A stretch of DNA of 33,345 bases from an archaeon (GCA_030019325.1 JASEFB010000003.1:1-33345), one strand, 5' to 3'; positions 18,064-28,544 are shown, counted from the stretch's first letter. Numbers and translations: made by a program. Notes: generated by a model not told the origin, from the sequence alone.

Positions 18064-18180
18064 AGCTATCTTAAACTTGAGGTGTTATGAACTCACTGCA
18101 TTTAAGCTTCTTACTCCTCAATTCTTTTTTCCTCCGAGAAATCACTTCTATTACCATCTACAACTTTACTGGTAAATTTA

Positions 18181-18264
18181 TGCGGGGGGCGTGATTTGAA
18201 CACGCGGACTCCTCCGAGACAGGGTCCTAAGCCCTGCGCCTTTTCCTAACTCAGCAACCCCCGC
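18181..18264 (-). tRNA. tRNA-Leu (anticodon TAG)
   Basis: Reverse complement: GCGGGGG acceptor stem, anticodon arm CAGGG-CTTAGGA-CCCTG, long variable arm, GTTCAAATC T-loop, CCCCCGCA end; CCA not encoded. Confidence 0.95.
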
Positions 18265-18536
18265 ATAACGCAATTTGAGCACACCTGCATGTTAATCCTT
18301 TGGTGCGTTTTGATAATATATATGCTAATTCAACTTAATTTAACACGACTGGCACCGAAGTGCTGATTTATATGACATATTCCATTTTCGTTGCTTATCG
18401 GCATATACTATTAAATTAAATCATAAATTTGATACTATAATAAAAATTTTTTTCAAATATATGTAATTTTCTTTAAAATATACGAAGTTTTTTAAAAAAG
18501 AGTGCCAAGACTTTGATTACCCTAAGGGAAGAAAAG

Positions 18537-19607
18537 ATGCGAGAAATTGGGGATGAATCTGTGTATGAAGGAGAGGAAGTAAAGATAATGCGCGATGAGG
18601 AATTAGAGAAGTCCTTGGAACGGGCACGAACAGTCATAAAGGTAGTTGGATGCGGGGGGAGCGGGACCAACACGATACGGAGGATGACCGAAGAAGGTAT
18701 TTTTGGTGCTGAGCTCTTTGCATTGAACACTGATGCTCAACATTTGTTGTTCTCGAAAGTGGAGAGGAAGCTATTGATCGGAAAGAAGACCACGCGTGGA
18801 CTTGGAGCAGGGAGTATTCCACGGTTTGGAGAGGAGGCCGCGAGGGAGAACGAACCAGATATAAGGGCAATAGTTGAGAACGCAGATATGGTCTTTGTCA
18901 CCTGTGGCTTAGGGGGTGGCACGGGTACAGGAGCAGCGCCCGTCGTTGCACAGGCAGCGCAAGAAGCAGGTGCGCTCACCATTGGCGTCGTAACACTACC
19001 GTTTAGTGCCGAAGGTGCGATAAGACTGGAGAATACGGCTTATGGACTTGAGCGACTGCGTGAAAATACTGACACGTTGATTGTGATACCAAATGACAAG
19101 CTCCTGGATGTGGTTCCACATTTGCCTTTAAACGAAGCATTTGAAGTCGCCGATGAGGTGCTGATGCTATCAGTTAAGGGACTAACCGAGCTGATAACCA
19201 AACCAGGTCTTATAAATCTGGACTTCGCCGACGTGAGGACGGTGATGAAAGATGGTGGAATGGCAATGATCGGATTTGGGGAATCTGATGGAGAGAATAA
19301 AGCAATCGAATCAGTGAGAAAGGCGGTAAGCTCTCCGTTGCTTGAGGTTGATGTGACTGATGGGAAAGCCGCTCTGGTAAACGTAATCGGTGGAGGGGAC
19401 ATGACCGTAGAGGAAGCGGAAGGCGCGCTTCAGGAAGTATATAAGATGATGAATCCCGAAGCACGAATTATCTGGGGGGTGCAGGTAAGCCCGGAGCTGA
19501 AGAGCATGATACGAACGTTGCTCATCGTGACCGGCGTCAAATCAGAGCAAATTTATGCACGGAAGGTGGTCAAGAAAGAGAACTTTGGCATTGAGATAGT
19601 GCATTAA
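18537..19607 (+). CDS. ftsZ: Cell division protein FtsZ
   Basis: [36 protein letters not shown]. Start is ATG 18537 or 18588. Confidence 0.97.
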   Translation: MREIGDESVYEGEEVKIMRDEELEKSLERARTVIKVVGCGGSGTNTIRRMTEEGIFGAELFALNTDAQHLLFSKVERKLLIGKKTTRGLGAGSIPRFGEEAARENEPDIRAIVENADMVFVTCGLGGGTGTGAAPVVAQAAQEAGALTIGVVTLPFSAEGAIRLENTAYGLERLRENTDTLIVIPNDKLLDVVPHLPLNEAFEVADEVLMLSVKGLTELITKPGLINLDFADVRTVMKDGGMAMIGFGESDGENKAIESVRKAVSSPLLEVDVTDGKAALVNVIGGGDMTVEEAEGALQEVYKMMNPEARIIWGVQVSPELKSMIRTLLIVTGVKSEQIYARKVVKKENFGIEIVH

Positions 19608-19708
19608 GACACGGTTCTAGTAACGCTTGAATTTTATTAAAACGTTCAACAAAAAGGTAAAAAGCGAGGGGTAAGAGGCACTAATAGCGCTAGGATTTTT
19701 ATTAATCT

Positions 19709-20842
19709 TTATTTAAACCGCACGAATCTCTCTGGAACTCCCTTAAACTTTGGATGATGGATATAATCCAGAGCAGTCCCTTTGGCTTCGCGTATCTTCA
19801 TCCACTCGATCAACTCCTTAAATACACCTCCGGCCAATCCATCGGCTACCATCGCATACCCCTGAGCCGTCTCCTTTGTCCTTTCGGCACCTTCTAAAAA
19901 GCCCAATGCACGTACGTCAGCGTGATTCGAAAGTCTCGTTATCAGCTCCTCTTTTATCTCCTTCCGCTTCGTCCAACGCCCTGAAAGGAGAATTTCTTTC
20001 GGTCTTTTAACCGATACCTTCATCGACGCAACGGCTTTTTCTATACCCTCCATCATCGCGTCAAATGCGATCTCAGACTTTGCATCTTTTCTTCTCACAA
20101 ATTTGTCGGGGTCCATCTCACCGGTAATAGTGATCACACCGCCCTCAAAGGTGTCCTTCCGCTCCCAATCTCCGATGAGTTGCACCAACTCGCCATCTAA
20201 TGCCGAGATCGTTAGATAACCGATACCAGGAAACATCGATCCCCCTATGCCGTCCACGACTCGCCCCTTTTCTATGCCCATGACCGCATTGTAGCCAAAC
20301 CCAACTTCAACGAGAATAAATGAAACCTCTGAATGCGGGATTCCAAACCGTCTCGCTTGGTCATGAACCCCGAGAACAGTCACGGCTAACTTATCTGCAG
20401 TCCCCATATCCATCTTATTGATCTTCCGGTAATAGGGCACGGTCGGCAGTTGGATCACCCCCGGTATGAAGATAACCGGGAACTTCTCCCGCCTCATCCA
20501 TACCGAGAAATCAGTCATGTTCTTGTACAGTATCGCGCCAAAGACTCCCTCCTCTATCCCTTTCAGGATCTCCGCCTTCGTGGTCAGCAGAATATAATTG
20601 TAATACCACTCCTCGAAGATGCTTTCCGGGATCTCTTCTATGCGCGTGGGCTCAACGCCATACCCGGACGGTCCTGAAATGAGGTCTACGGGTAACGTTT
20701 CGCGGAGCGCATCGGTTATCCTTTCCGGTTCTTGTACTAAGTCAACGTTATCAAGCGGGTTTTCATAGTATACCTCGCCGTCCTCAATGGCACAGATATC
20801 CATGCTCTTCGTCCCAGGATCAATACCTGCTGCTCGCGTCAT
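19709..20842 (-). CDS. DUF1464 family ASKHA-fold (butyrate-kinase-like) protein
   Basis: GIDPGTKSMD, GPSGYG, NKMDMGTADK, VDGIGGS, ETAQG. Confidence 0.8.
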   Translation of the reverse strand: MTRAAGIDPGTKSMDICAIEDGEVYYENPLDNVDLVQEPERITDALRETLPVDLISGPSGYGVEPTRIEEIPESIFEEWYYNYILLTTKAEILKGIEEGVFGAILYKNMTDFSVWMRREKFPVIFIPGVIQLPTVPYYRKINKMDMGTADKLAVTVLGVHDQARRFGIPHSEVSFILVEVGFGYNAVMGIEKGRVVDGIGGSMFPGIGYLTISALDGELVQLIGDWERKDTFEGGVITITGEMDPDKFVRRKDAKSEIAFDAMMEGIEKAVASMKVSVKRPKEILLSGRWTKRKEIKEELITRLSNHADVRALGFLEGAERTKETAQGYAMVADGLAGGVFKELIEWMKIREAKGTALDYIHHPKFKGVPERFVRFK

Positions 20843-20931
20843 CTATCATCACCAGCTATCGCAATTCTTCGCGTGTATTGGTGATACATTTATATTATTC
20901 CATAAAATACTCGTGTACAAAGGGATATAAA

Positions 20932-21897
20932 ATGCGGGTTAGGATTTCTGCTCCAGCTCGGCTCCATTTAGGCGACTTAGACCCTTTTGCGCTTGGGAGA
21001 TTTGGCTATGCCCCCGTTCTCGCCATAACGGAGCCCAGAACCATCATTGAGGCGGATGAAGCTGAAAAGCTCGAAGTGGATGGAGTTGAGGCGGATGAAG
21101 CCAGAATCTACGCTCAGAGAATCTTGGAAGCGTTCAACCTCAAAGGTGCAAAGGTTACCGTTAAGACCACACCACCCCGACACTCAGGTTTTGGATCAAC
21201 GACTCAACTCTGCCTCACAGTGGGGAGAGCGGTAACAAAGGCTCATGGCCTGGACGTGCCGCTCCTTGAGTTGGTGAACGCTCTCAGACGTACCTCGACA
21301 GGCGGAATATACCCCTTCCAATTTGGTGGCTTCGTCGTAGCAGGTGGATTTCCTATTAAACCCGGTGAGCGAGTATGGTTGAGGGATGAGCCGCTGATTC
21401 CTCCCTTAATCTTCCGCTCTCATTTTCCTGAGGATTGGAGGTTCGTCTTGGTTCGGCCCTTGGTGGCACCGAAGAGTCCTGATAAAGAGAAGGAGGAAGA
21501 AGCTTTCCGCGCATTGAGGGCGGAAAAGGCGCCGGTTGAACTAATTCACAAAGGTTATTTCATCCTCGCCGCAAAACTCTTACCCGCCCTTCTTGAAAGA
21601 AATGCAGAGGCTTTTGGTAAAGCGCTCACAGAGATTCAGGTGACTGTTGGACGTATCTATCAACCGGTACAGGAGCACATTTTCAATCCCGCATCCCAAT
21701 GGCTTATACCAATACTCAACAGAAGCGGCGCATTAGGTATTGGACAGAGTTCATGGGGGCCAACCGTTTACGCCTTCACTGATAGTCCAGAGGCTGCGCA
21801 GAGCATTGCTGAGAAGATCGAGGTTGAGACCCGGGGAAGAGTCGAAGTGACACTCGTTGGGGCTGACAACTCAGGTGCACGGATCGAAGCTTTTTAA
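20932..21897 (+). CDS. mptG: beta-RFA-P synthase-like GHMP-fold protein (methanopterin biosynthesis)
   Basis: APARLHLG, PRHSGFGSTTQL, GGFVVAGG, FPEDW, GQSSWGPTVY. Confidence 0.8.
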   Translation: MRVRISAPARLHLGDLDPFALGRFGYAPVLAITEPRTIIEADEAEKLEVDGVEADEARIYAQRILEAFNLKGAKVTVKTTPPRHSGFGSTTQLCLTVGRAVTKAHGLDVPLLELVNALRRTSTGGIYPFQFGGFVVAGGFPIKPGERVWLRDEPLIPPLIFRSHFPEDWRFVLVRPLVAPKSPDKEKEEEAFRALRAEKAPVELIHKGYFILAAKLLPALLERNAEAFGKALTEIQVTVGRIYQPVQEHIFNPASQWLIPILNRSGALGIGQSSWGPTVYAFTDSPEAAQSIAEKIEVETRGRVEVTLVGADNSGARIEAF

Positions 21898-21982
21898 TAC
21901 TACATCTTCATTGCCTGCAGCTTCTTATGCATGGTCTACCAATTACTTTCGTTTATCCATTCTCAGCTTTTATTGTCCATTA

Positions 21983-22726
21983 CTAGAAGGCGTAAACAAT
22001 TCTCACGCTCGCGCTAACCTCAACCTCTGAAGGGGTTATCGGTGTAGGAGCTGGCACAGGGGCAGCCTCCATAGGGGCTGCAATGCGAACGATTGGATAT
22101 GGGTAGTAATCTTCAACTGAAATCTTTACAGGATATATACTCACTATCCCCATCTCCCCAGCCACAACATCTGCTTTGCTTTGAGCATTATTAACCGCTT
22201 TCCGTAACGCATCGCTATATGCGGTCTCTCTCAGCGTCTCAGAAAGTTGGAAGGTGATCGAATCAATTCTGTTCGCCCCTCCCTTTACCGCTGCATCTAT
22301 TGCCTTTCCGGCATCTTCTGGCTTGCTGACCACCTCGATCAAGTTCGTTGCACGGTATCCAACAATAACACTCTTTTGCTTCTTCCCTTCCAGCGTTACC
22401 TCTTCAACCCACTCGTAGATCGGAGTTATTGAATACTGCCGTGTTTTCACATCACCGATTCCCGCCTTCTTCAATGCATCGAAAACGTTCGTCATATTTC
22501 TCGAATTCATCGCGGCTGCATCTTTTGCGGTTGACGCTTCGCTCACAACGGCAATCATAACGTGTGCCTCATCTGGAGTAGTTTTAACAATGCCGTTCCC
22601 ACTCACCTCTATTGTTCTGTTAAATGCTTGCTCCTCTGAGAGCGAGGGAGAGAAAACCAGAGCTAAAGCCACTAAGGCGATCACGGCAAGCAGAAGCCCT
22701 GCAGCAAAGCCTATTTTCTTATTCAT
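21983..22726 (-). CDS. SIMPL (DUF541) domain protein
   Basis: N-terminal TM; TIEVSGNGIVKTTPD, IDAAVKGGAN, ALRKAVNNAQSKA. Confidence 0.88.
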   Translation of the reverse strand: MNKKIGFAAGLLLAVIALVALALVFSPSLSEEQAFNRTIEVSGNGIVKTTPDEAHVMIAVVSEASTAKDAAAMNSRNMTNVFDALKKAGIGDVKTRQYSITPIYEWVEEVTLEGKKQKSVIVGYRATNLIEVVSKPEDAGKAIDAAVKGGANRIDSITFQLSETLRETAYSDALRKAVNNAQSKADVVAGEMGIVSIYPVKISVEDYYPYPIVRIAAPMEAAPVPAPTPITPSEVEVSASVRIVYAF

Positions 22727-22786
22727 GCTTATAGAGTAGAGGGGGGTTATAACCTTAAATACCTTTTGTCTTTAGTCTCGTGTTGG

Positions 22787-23224
22787 CTATAACAACCATA
22801 ATGAGTTGGAATCCAAATCTTATCTCTTCTAATTACCCTTAGATTAATTTTGCACCCCTATTGAAAGCTTTAAATATAGTGTGCAATTTTGAACACTACA
22901 TGACATTCATTCGCGCTCAGAGACACAAGATAAAAAACCGGAATCCAAGCCGAATAGTGCTTGACAGAGGGTAAGTGGGGAAAACGCAAAGATCGAATAA
23001 AAACTACTAAACCGAAGATTGAAGAGAGGTAAGGGCAGTAAGGAACTCAATCAAAAAGAGGGCGTTAGGTTTTTGTTAGTAGTTAAGAGGGAGAAATTGA
23101 TGAATCGGAATAGTATCTTGGCTCGTGGGGATTAATGGAGAAAAGGATTGCAGAGGTTAAAAAGGAGTCTTTAGCTGCTGCTGAGAAGATTTTTGATGGG
23201 TCCAACCGTTAATGGTTGTTATAG
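22787..23224 (+). mobile_element. 438-bp non-autonomous IS derivative (MITE-like)
   Basis: TIRs CTATAACAACCAT-N5-GTTGGA at both ends; flanking direct repeat CGTGTTGG at 22779-22786 and 23225-23232; internal transposase-like relic MTFIR...IVLDRG* from 22900. Confidence 0.85.
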
Positions 23225-23361
23225 CGTGTTGGGCACGGAAAAAACGTAAACTTTATATAAAGGAAAAAACCGGAAGTCTTTTATAATATGTTATTTCTTT
23301 TTAACATAAAGCTAGAAATAAATAATAAAAAGTGATAAATGGATAATAGGGGTGATGAAAG

Positions 23362-23475
23362 ATGAAGGATAAAATTGGATTTGCGGAGCAGGCCCTTGGC
23401 GCTGTGATTCTCCTGTCTGGAGCTGTATATCTCGGGTTGTACTTTTACCTCAGCAGGAAAGGAGATTCAGAATGA
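23362..23475 (+). CDS. 37-aa membrane peptide, possible DUF2178 remnant
   Basis: GGGGTGA RBS; MKDKIGFAEQALGAVILLSGAVYLGLYFYLSRKGDSE; ATGA overlap with the next gene. Confidence 0.5.
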   Translation: MKDKIGFAEQALGAVILLSGAVYLGLYFYLSRKGDSE

Positions 23476-23852
23476 AGACAGAATCAAGATGGACGGCTGT
23501 AAGGATTGCTCTTATCATGGTTATGTTGTTTTTGCTGTTCTGGAACGGCATAAATGAGACAAGCGTTTCTATAGCGACCACCATAATTATAGTTGTCGTA
23601 ATAATCAGCTTTCTCAGGTACAGATATCCTGAAAGATATCAGAAGGACGAGAGGACAAAAAAATTATCCTCCTATGCCGCTTCATGGTCATGGCTGATTA
23701 CACTTGTGACTATTGCGCTGCTCTTCTGGATAAATTATCTTGGCATTTTCGAACTCATTGCAACTCAGGTTCTAGGAACTGTATTATTTGTGATGATAAT
23801 AACAATGATTGCTTTCTACTGGTACTTCAACAGAATAGGAGACGTGGAATAG
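23472..23852 (+). CDS. DUF2178-like membrane protein
   Basis: Four TM segments; KDERTKKLSSYAASWSW. Confidence 0.75.
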   Translation: MKTESRWTAVRIALIMVMLFLLFWNGINETSVSIATTIIIVVVIISFLRYRYPERYQKDERTKKLSSYAASWSWLITLVTIALLFWINYLGIFELIATQVLGTVLFVMIITMIAFYWYFNRIGDVE

Positions 23853-23863
23853 GAGGCGATGAC

Positions 23864-24250
23864 ATGAACAGCAAGCAATTCAGATTGTGTGGGATAATAA
23901 TAGCAGTGGCTCTTGGAGCTCTAATTGGTTGGTCCATATCTGTTGGAAATGCCATATTGCCGGTAGCTGCGTTTATCGTAGGAGCAGCACTTTTATATGT
24001 ATGCAAAAGCAGGGTTACAGAGGTGTTGGAGGATGAAAGAGTCTACAAGATAAGTGAAAAAGCGTCCTATATAGTTTTGCGGGTTTTTGTATTATCAAGT
24101 GCATTAATTGGCACTGTTTTAATAGCATTAAGCAAAAATGGCTTTGCCGAATTTAGTCTGGTCGGCATTACTCTGGCTGGCTCTGCCTGTGCCTTACTTG
24201 TCTTGCATCTGGTTTTCTATAGGTACTACACCAGGAAAAGCCTAGATTAG
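23864..24250 (+). CDS. DUF2178 membrane protein
   Basis: GGAGG RBS and ATG 23864; [13 protein letters not shown]; four TM segments. Confidence 0.8.
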   Translation: MNSKQFRLCGIIIAVALGALIGWSISVGNAILPVAAFIVGAALLYVCKSRVTEVLEDERVYKISEKASYIVLRVFVLSSALIGTVLIALSKNGFAEFSLVGITLAGSACALLVLHLVFYRYYTRKSLD

Positions 24251-24258
24251 TGATCAAA

Positions 24259-24456
24259 ATGAGAACCAGAATCAAGGAGTTCAGGGCTCGATATGATTTA
24301 ACCCAGGAGGAGCTCGCAAAAAAGGTGGGCGTGAGAAGGGAGACAATTTTGTTCCTGGAAAAAGGAAGATACAATCCGTCTCTTATACTGGCACATAAGA
24401 TCGCCAAAGTGCTGAATACAACGATTGATGAATTGTTTATTTTTGATGATGAGTAA
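24259..24456 (+). CDS. XRE/Cro-family HTH transcriptional regulator
   Basis: [29 protein letters not shown]. Confidence 0.92.
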   Translation: MRTRIKEFRARYDLTQEELAKKVGVRRETILFLEKGRYNPSLILAHKIAKVLNTTIDELFIFDDE

Positions 24457-24606
24457 GCGGTTACGGTATATATTAGGGTATTGGGAGGAAATGCAGTAGG
24501 GAATAAGAGTTGAGGTGAGAGAGAGGCTAAAGCCTCACTCAGATCAGAGCCGCTTTGATTTTCAGGTTTAGCGGTTTTTTCCCCGCTTTCTAACAAATAA
24601 AACCTT

Positions 24607-24948
24607 CTATAAGCATACCATTTCGAGATACAACATCGTTATTTTTTCTGCGACCCCCTTCGAAATTCTCTCCTCAACGAGCGAAATGAAAACCTCTGCA
24701 TATTCAGGGGGCATGCATGACAAACTTTCCCACCCTTCCATTACCATATCCGCAAGATACGCAAGCTCTTCATCCCTCAAATTCCGCAACCTTCTCTCGA
24801 AGTCCTTTACGTCCCTTGAGAAATGGTTGGAGAGCGGCGGTAGTATTGACTTGTAAGGTACCTTTGAGTGCTCACATACAATCTCCTCTAACTCTGGGGC
24901 GAGCTTCTTTAAGAGTGCTCTGTCCTTTTCATTTAGTTTCCTCGCCAT
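24607..24948 (-). CDS. Hypothetical protein, probably conserved in methanogens
   Basis: 113-aa ORF with YKSILPPLSNHFS and GWESLSC motifs; no function assigned. Confidence 0.7.
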   Translation of the reverse strand: MARKLNEKDRALLKKLAPELEEIVCEHSKVPYKSILPPLSNHFSRDVKDFERRLRNLRDEELAYLADMVMEGWESLSCMPPEYAEVFISLVEERISKGVAEKITMLYLEMVCL

Positions 24949-25369
24949 TTTTAATGCGGTTAAAACTCCATATAATATTGAATTGATTTACTCGCGATGG
25001 CTATGTCTTAGCCTAAACCCCTAAGATTGCCCATGCCGAAATAGCCGATTTAAATATCCCTGATGGCCGTAATGGTGATGCCATCACCTTTTTAGGGGGG
25101 TGAGTTATAAAGGGAGTTGAATGTATTTTTGAAGCTCCTCTTGGCATGGGCGATTAATATTATGAGTTTATACTATAAAAAGTTTTAAAATGCGGACCCC
25201 CACTCCCCATAACCGCTGGTATAAGACCCGGCGGGCAAGCAATAAAAAGGATGCACCTGAGTGAGCCGCTATCCCTTCCTCGATAAGTTTTCCAGCAGTT
25301 CTCTAATTCTAACCAATTCAGACTTCCCCGAAGGCAAGAGCGCTAGTCCGATTTAAACGGCGTTTGCTT

Positions 25370-25870
25370 CTAATCTGATATTACGCGCTTCTCCTTCTTA
25401 TCAACTTTTATCTCCTCTATCCTGGTATGCGGATAATTTCCTGTTTCGTCCTTCTCCACCGATTTCACCATATCCCAGATCGTCAGCAACGCCACTGATA
25501 ACCCATGGAGTGCATCCATCTCCACTCCTGTTTTACCCACGGATTTCACCGATACCGTCGCTTTTATATCAGCATCACCCATCGTGAAATCAACCTTCAC
25601 GCTTTCGATACTTATTTGGTGGCAGAGCGGAATTATCTCTGGCGTTCTTTTCACCGCTAATATCGCGGCAATTTCCGCACACCCGAGCACATCGCCCTTC
25701 TTGATACTCCCACTTTTTATCTTCTCCACCGTGCTATTTTTCAATTTTATTTTGCCAGATGCTGCAGCTACTCGTTCGACATCTTCTTTTTCGCTTATAT
25801 CCACCATGTGGGGCTCCGCCCCACGACCCCGCAAGCCCTGTAAGGGCTTACTCACGCCACGCCGCTGCAT
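25370..25870 (-). CDS. moaC: Cyclic pyranopterin monophosphate synthase MoaC (with repeat-derived N-terminal insert)
   Basis: MVDISEK, KKGDVL, IIPLCH, KTGVEMDAL, TIWDMVKS; GAGGT RBS before ATG 25870. Confidence 0.93.
   Translation of the reverse strand: MQRRGVSKPLQGLRGRGAEPHMVDISEKEDVERVAAASGKIKLKNSTVEKIKSGSIKKGDVLGCAEIAAILAVKRTPEIIPLCHQISIESVKVDFTMGDADIKATVSVKSVGKTGVEMDALHGLSVALLTIWDMVKSVEKDETGNYPHTRIEEIKVDKKEKRVISD
25806..25850. repeat. 45-bp double-hairpin REP-like element, copy 1 (inside the moaC 5' coding region)
   Basis: ATGTGGGGCTCCGCCCCACGACCCCGCAAGCCCTGTAAGGGCTTA, identical to 31588-31632. Confidence 0.92.
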
Positions 25871-25882
25871 TGGTTATGTACC

Positions 25883-26104
25883 TCACGGTGGCCAGACACC
25901 GAAATATACCTCAAGCCCGATTATCACGACAGCAATAAACACACCTATGAGCAGTACTGTCTTCGGCGATAGCTTCACCGCAGATTCCTCAACATCGTAA
26001 TATCGCATCAATCCGGCAGAGGACATAAGTCCACGCTCTTCTCCTCTACCCCCTCCTTTCTTTTCTTTCTTCTTCTCTTTCTTCGCTGTTCTTCCTTTTA
26101 CCAT
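25883..26104 (-). CDS. secG: Preprotein translocase subunit Sec61beta/SecG
   Basis: GLMSSAGLMRYYD...KLSPKTV followed by one C-terminal TM. Confidence 0.9.
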   Translation of the reverse strand: MVKGRTAKKEKKKEKKGGGRGEERGLMSSAGLMRYYDVEESAVKLSPKTVLLIGVFIAVVIIGLEVYFGVWPP

Positions 26105-26120
26105 ATTTTAATCTTACCTT

Positions 26121-28544
26121 TTACCCTTTAATTATCCTCACTTTCGTGCCATGAACATCAAGAATATTGCCACCACTTTTAATCTCACGCACACCTTTGC
26201 AGAGTTCCACCTTCGTTGCCGTTGCATTCTCCATATCCTCGGTATCCAAATCATCTGCGTATATCTCCAGTTTACCTAAAGGCGCGTTTAAGGGAATACC
26301 ATGCTCAGACTTATATCTTCTAACGGCTCGTACGATATCAGCGATTAAGTCACCTTTCTTTTCCGCTTCTAAATCGATCATATCAGGCTTTACCTCTGGC
26401 CAGGGCGCCCTATGCACACTCCTCTCCTTTTCGATGTAGGAATACATCTCCTCGGCATAAAAAGGGATGAACGGTGCAAGCAGCTTAGAAAGTGCCTCTA
26501 TAGTTAGATACAATGTATATCTGGCGGATTCTTTTCCCTCCTCTCCCGACCGACCATATAACCTCGACTTCACCAGTTCAATGTAATCATCTGCAAGCAC
26601 GTTCCATGCAAAAGCTCGTAGATCCTTCATCGCCTCGTCGAACTTGTAGTTTTCCATCGAGTCTGTCACCGACAGGATGAGCTTGTTCAGTTTGGAGAGC
26701 AGCCATTTATCAACAACGCGTAGAGTTGCCGCTCCTTCCTTGTATTGGTAATCTGAAAGGTGGATCATAGAGAATCTGAGAATGCTCCACAGTTTTTGCA
26801 TAAATTTACTCGCGGCTACTATATCCTTCCATCTGAACTGGACGTCTGAGCCTACAGTACCTCCAATTGCCGCCCACTGTCTGAATGCATCCGCACCATG
26901 CTCTTGAATCACCGTATCTGGCGAAATGATGTTATTTCGTGATTTGCTCATCTTATACCCATCCTCACCCAATACCATCCCGTTTATTAAGATCGTGTGC
27001 CAGGGTATTGATTTGGTAAGCACAAGCGAGCGCAGGATAGTGTAGAAAGCCCAGGTTCTTATAATGTCATGCCCCTGCGGTCTCAGTTCTACGGGGAATC
27101 CGATTCCCGATGGTTCTCCTGCATTAAGGTTCCATTTTGCAACCCAAAGAGCACTGAGTGAGGAGTCCATCCAGGTGTCTAACACATCCTTCTCTCCTTC
27201 AAATTCGGTGCTGCCGCAGTTATCACACAGCTCGTTTGGGCTCGTCATCAGTGGATCCACGGGTAGTTCATCTTCAGAGGCCACTTTAACGGCACCGCAT
27301 CGCTTGCAATACCAAACGGGAATAGGCACGCTGAAAATCCGTTGCCGGGATATACACCAGTCCCACTCCATAGATTCAACCCAGTTTTTAAGTCTGATGG
27401 AGAAATGCTCGGGATACCATGTTATTTCCTCCGAGGCTTGTATTATCTCAGCATGCTTCACACGCACAAACCACTGCCGTGTAGAAATGATCTCGATGGG
27501 GGTTTTACATCGCCAACAAACACCCACGTTTTGTTGTATCTGTTCACGCTTCTTGAGCAGCCCTTGTGCCTCTAAATCTTCAATTATCTTCTCTTTGCAT
27601 TCTGTTACGCTCAGTCCCTCATATCCCCGTACCGCTTCGGTCATCCGCCCTCGCTCGTCTAATGAAGCAATTAAAGGGAGGTTATGCACTGTCCACCACC
27701 TCACATCCTGCCGGTCACCAAACGTGCAAATCATTACCACACCGGTTCCAAACTCGGGATCAACACCTTCATCGTCATATACCTTCACGGTATGCTCGAA
27801 TATCGGGACCATCAGCTCTTTTCCCACGATATCTTTATACCGTTCGTCATCAGGATGCACGGCTACCGCAACACAGCTCGCCAGCAGCTCTGGCCTCGTC
27901 GTTGCAATCTCTACATACTCCGGTTCTCTTTCTGCGCCTACCTTCTTGAAGCGTATATAATTCAAATGGGCATCTCTATCCTCATACTCTACCTCTGCAA
28001 AGGCTATTGCGGTCTCGCAGCGGGGACACAAGTTTACTGGATGTTCCGCTCGATATATTAGCCCATCATGATACATTTTTAAGAACGAGAGTTGCGTATA
28101 TCGTTTGTAACGGTCCTCCATCGTAACAAACTCCGTGCTCCAGTCTATGGACATGCCAAGCTTCTTCATCATGCCTTTCATCTGCGCTATGTTCTCCCGC
28201 ATAAGTTGTTTGCACAACGCTCTAAACTCCTGCCTGCTTATCTGATGCTTTGATATACCATACTTCTCTTCTACTTTCACCTCGGCCGGCAGTCCGTGAC
28301 AGTCCCATCCCTGCGGAAACATCACGTCATAACCCCGCATTCGCTTATAACGAGCGATAAAATCAATGTAACACCAGTTCAAAGCGTTGCCAATGTGGAA
28401 ATCACCCGTAGGGTACGGTGGTGGCGTATCAATGATATACGACGGCTTATCCGAAGATGCCGTGAAATAGTAGAGCGAATCATTCCAGTTCTCCAGCCAC
28501 TTCCTCTCTATTATCCCCGGTCTGTATTTCTTTTCCATTTTCAT
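26121..28544 (-). CDS. valS: Valine--tRNA ligase
   Basis: [53 protein letters not shown]. Confidence 0.96.
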   Translation of the reverse strand: MKMEKKYRPGIIERKWLENWNDSLYYFTASSDKPSYIIDTPPPYPTGDFHIGNALNWCYIDFIARYKRMRGYDVMFPQGWDCHGLPAEVKVEEKYGISKHQISRQEFRALCKQLMRENIAQMKGMMKKLGMSIDWSTEFVTMEDRYKRYTQLSFLKMYHDGLIYRAEHPVNLCPRCETAIAFAEVEYEDRDAHLNYIRFKKVGAEREPEYVEIATTRPELLASCVAVAVHPDDERYKDIVGKELMVPIFEHTVKVYDDEGVDPEFGTGVVMICTFGDRQDVRWWTVHNLPLIASLDERGRMTEAVRGYEGLSVTECKEKIIEDLEAQGLLKKREQIQQNVGVCWRCKTPIEIISTRQWFVRVKHAEIIQASEEITWYPEHFSIRLKNWVESMEWDWCISRQRIFSVPIPVWYCKRCGAVKVASEDELPVDPLMTSPNELCDNCGSTEFEGEKDVLDTWMDSSLSALWVAKWNLNAGEPSGIGFPVELRPQGHDIIRTWAFYTILRSLVLTKSIPWHTILINGMVLGEDGYKMSKSRNNIISPDTVIQEHGADAFRQWAAIGGTVGSDVQFRWKDIVAASKFMQKLWSILRFSMIHLSDYQYKEGAATLRVVDKWLLSKLNKLILSVTDSMENYKFDEAMKDLRAFAWNVLADDYIELVKSRLYGRSGEEGKESARYTLYLTIEALSKLLAPFIPFYAEEMYSYIEKERSVHRAPWPEVKPDMIDLEAEKKGDLIADIVRAVRRYKSEHGIPLNAPLGKLEIYADDLDTEDMENATATKVELCKGVREIKSGGNILDVHGTKVRIIKG

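Noticed and set aside
18181-18205. tRNA-Leu 3' end as the att site of an integrated element
   Set aside because: No duplicate of the 3' end and no integrase were seen within the window.
18290-18510. Very AT-rich stretch as a replication origin
   Set aside because: No cdc6/orc1 or ORB-like repeats seen; adequately explained by divergent tRNA and ftsZ promoters.
25240-25300. Glycine-riboswitch-like words (CTGGAAAAC...GAAGG...CTCAGG) on the minus strand
   Set aside because: The required helices could not be built and there is no glycine-related downstream gene.
27064-27960. 298-aa plus-strand ORF and other long antisense ORFs (e.g. 666..1067, 13706..14227)
   Set aside because: They are antisense shadows of well-supported genes, with no motifs of their own.
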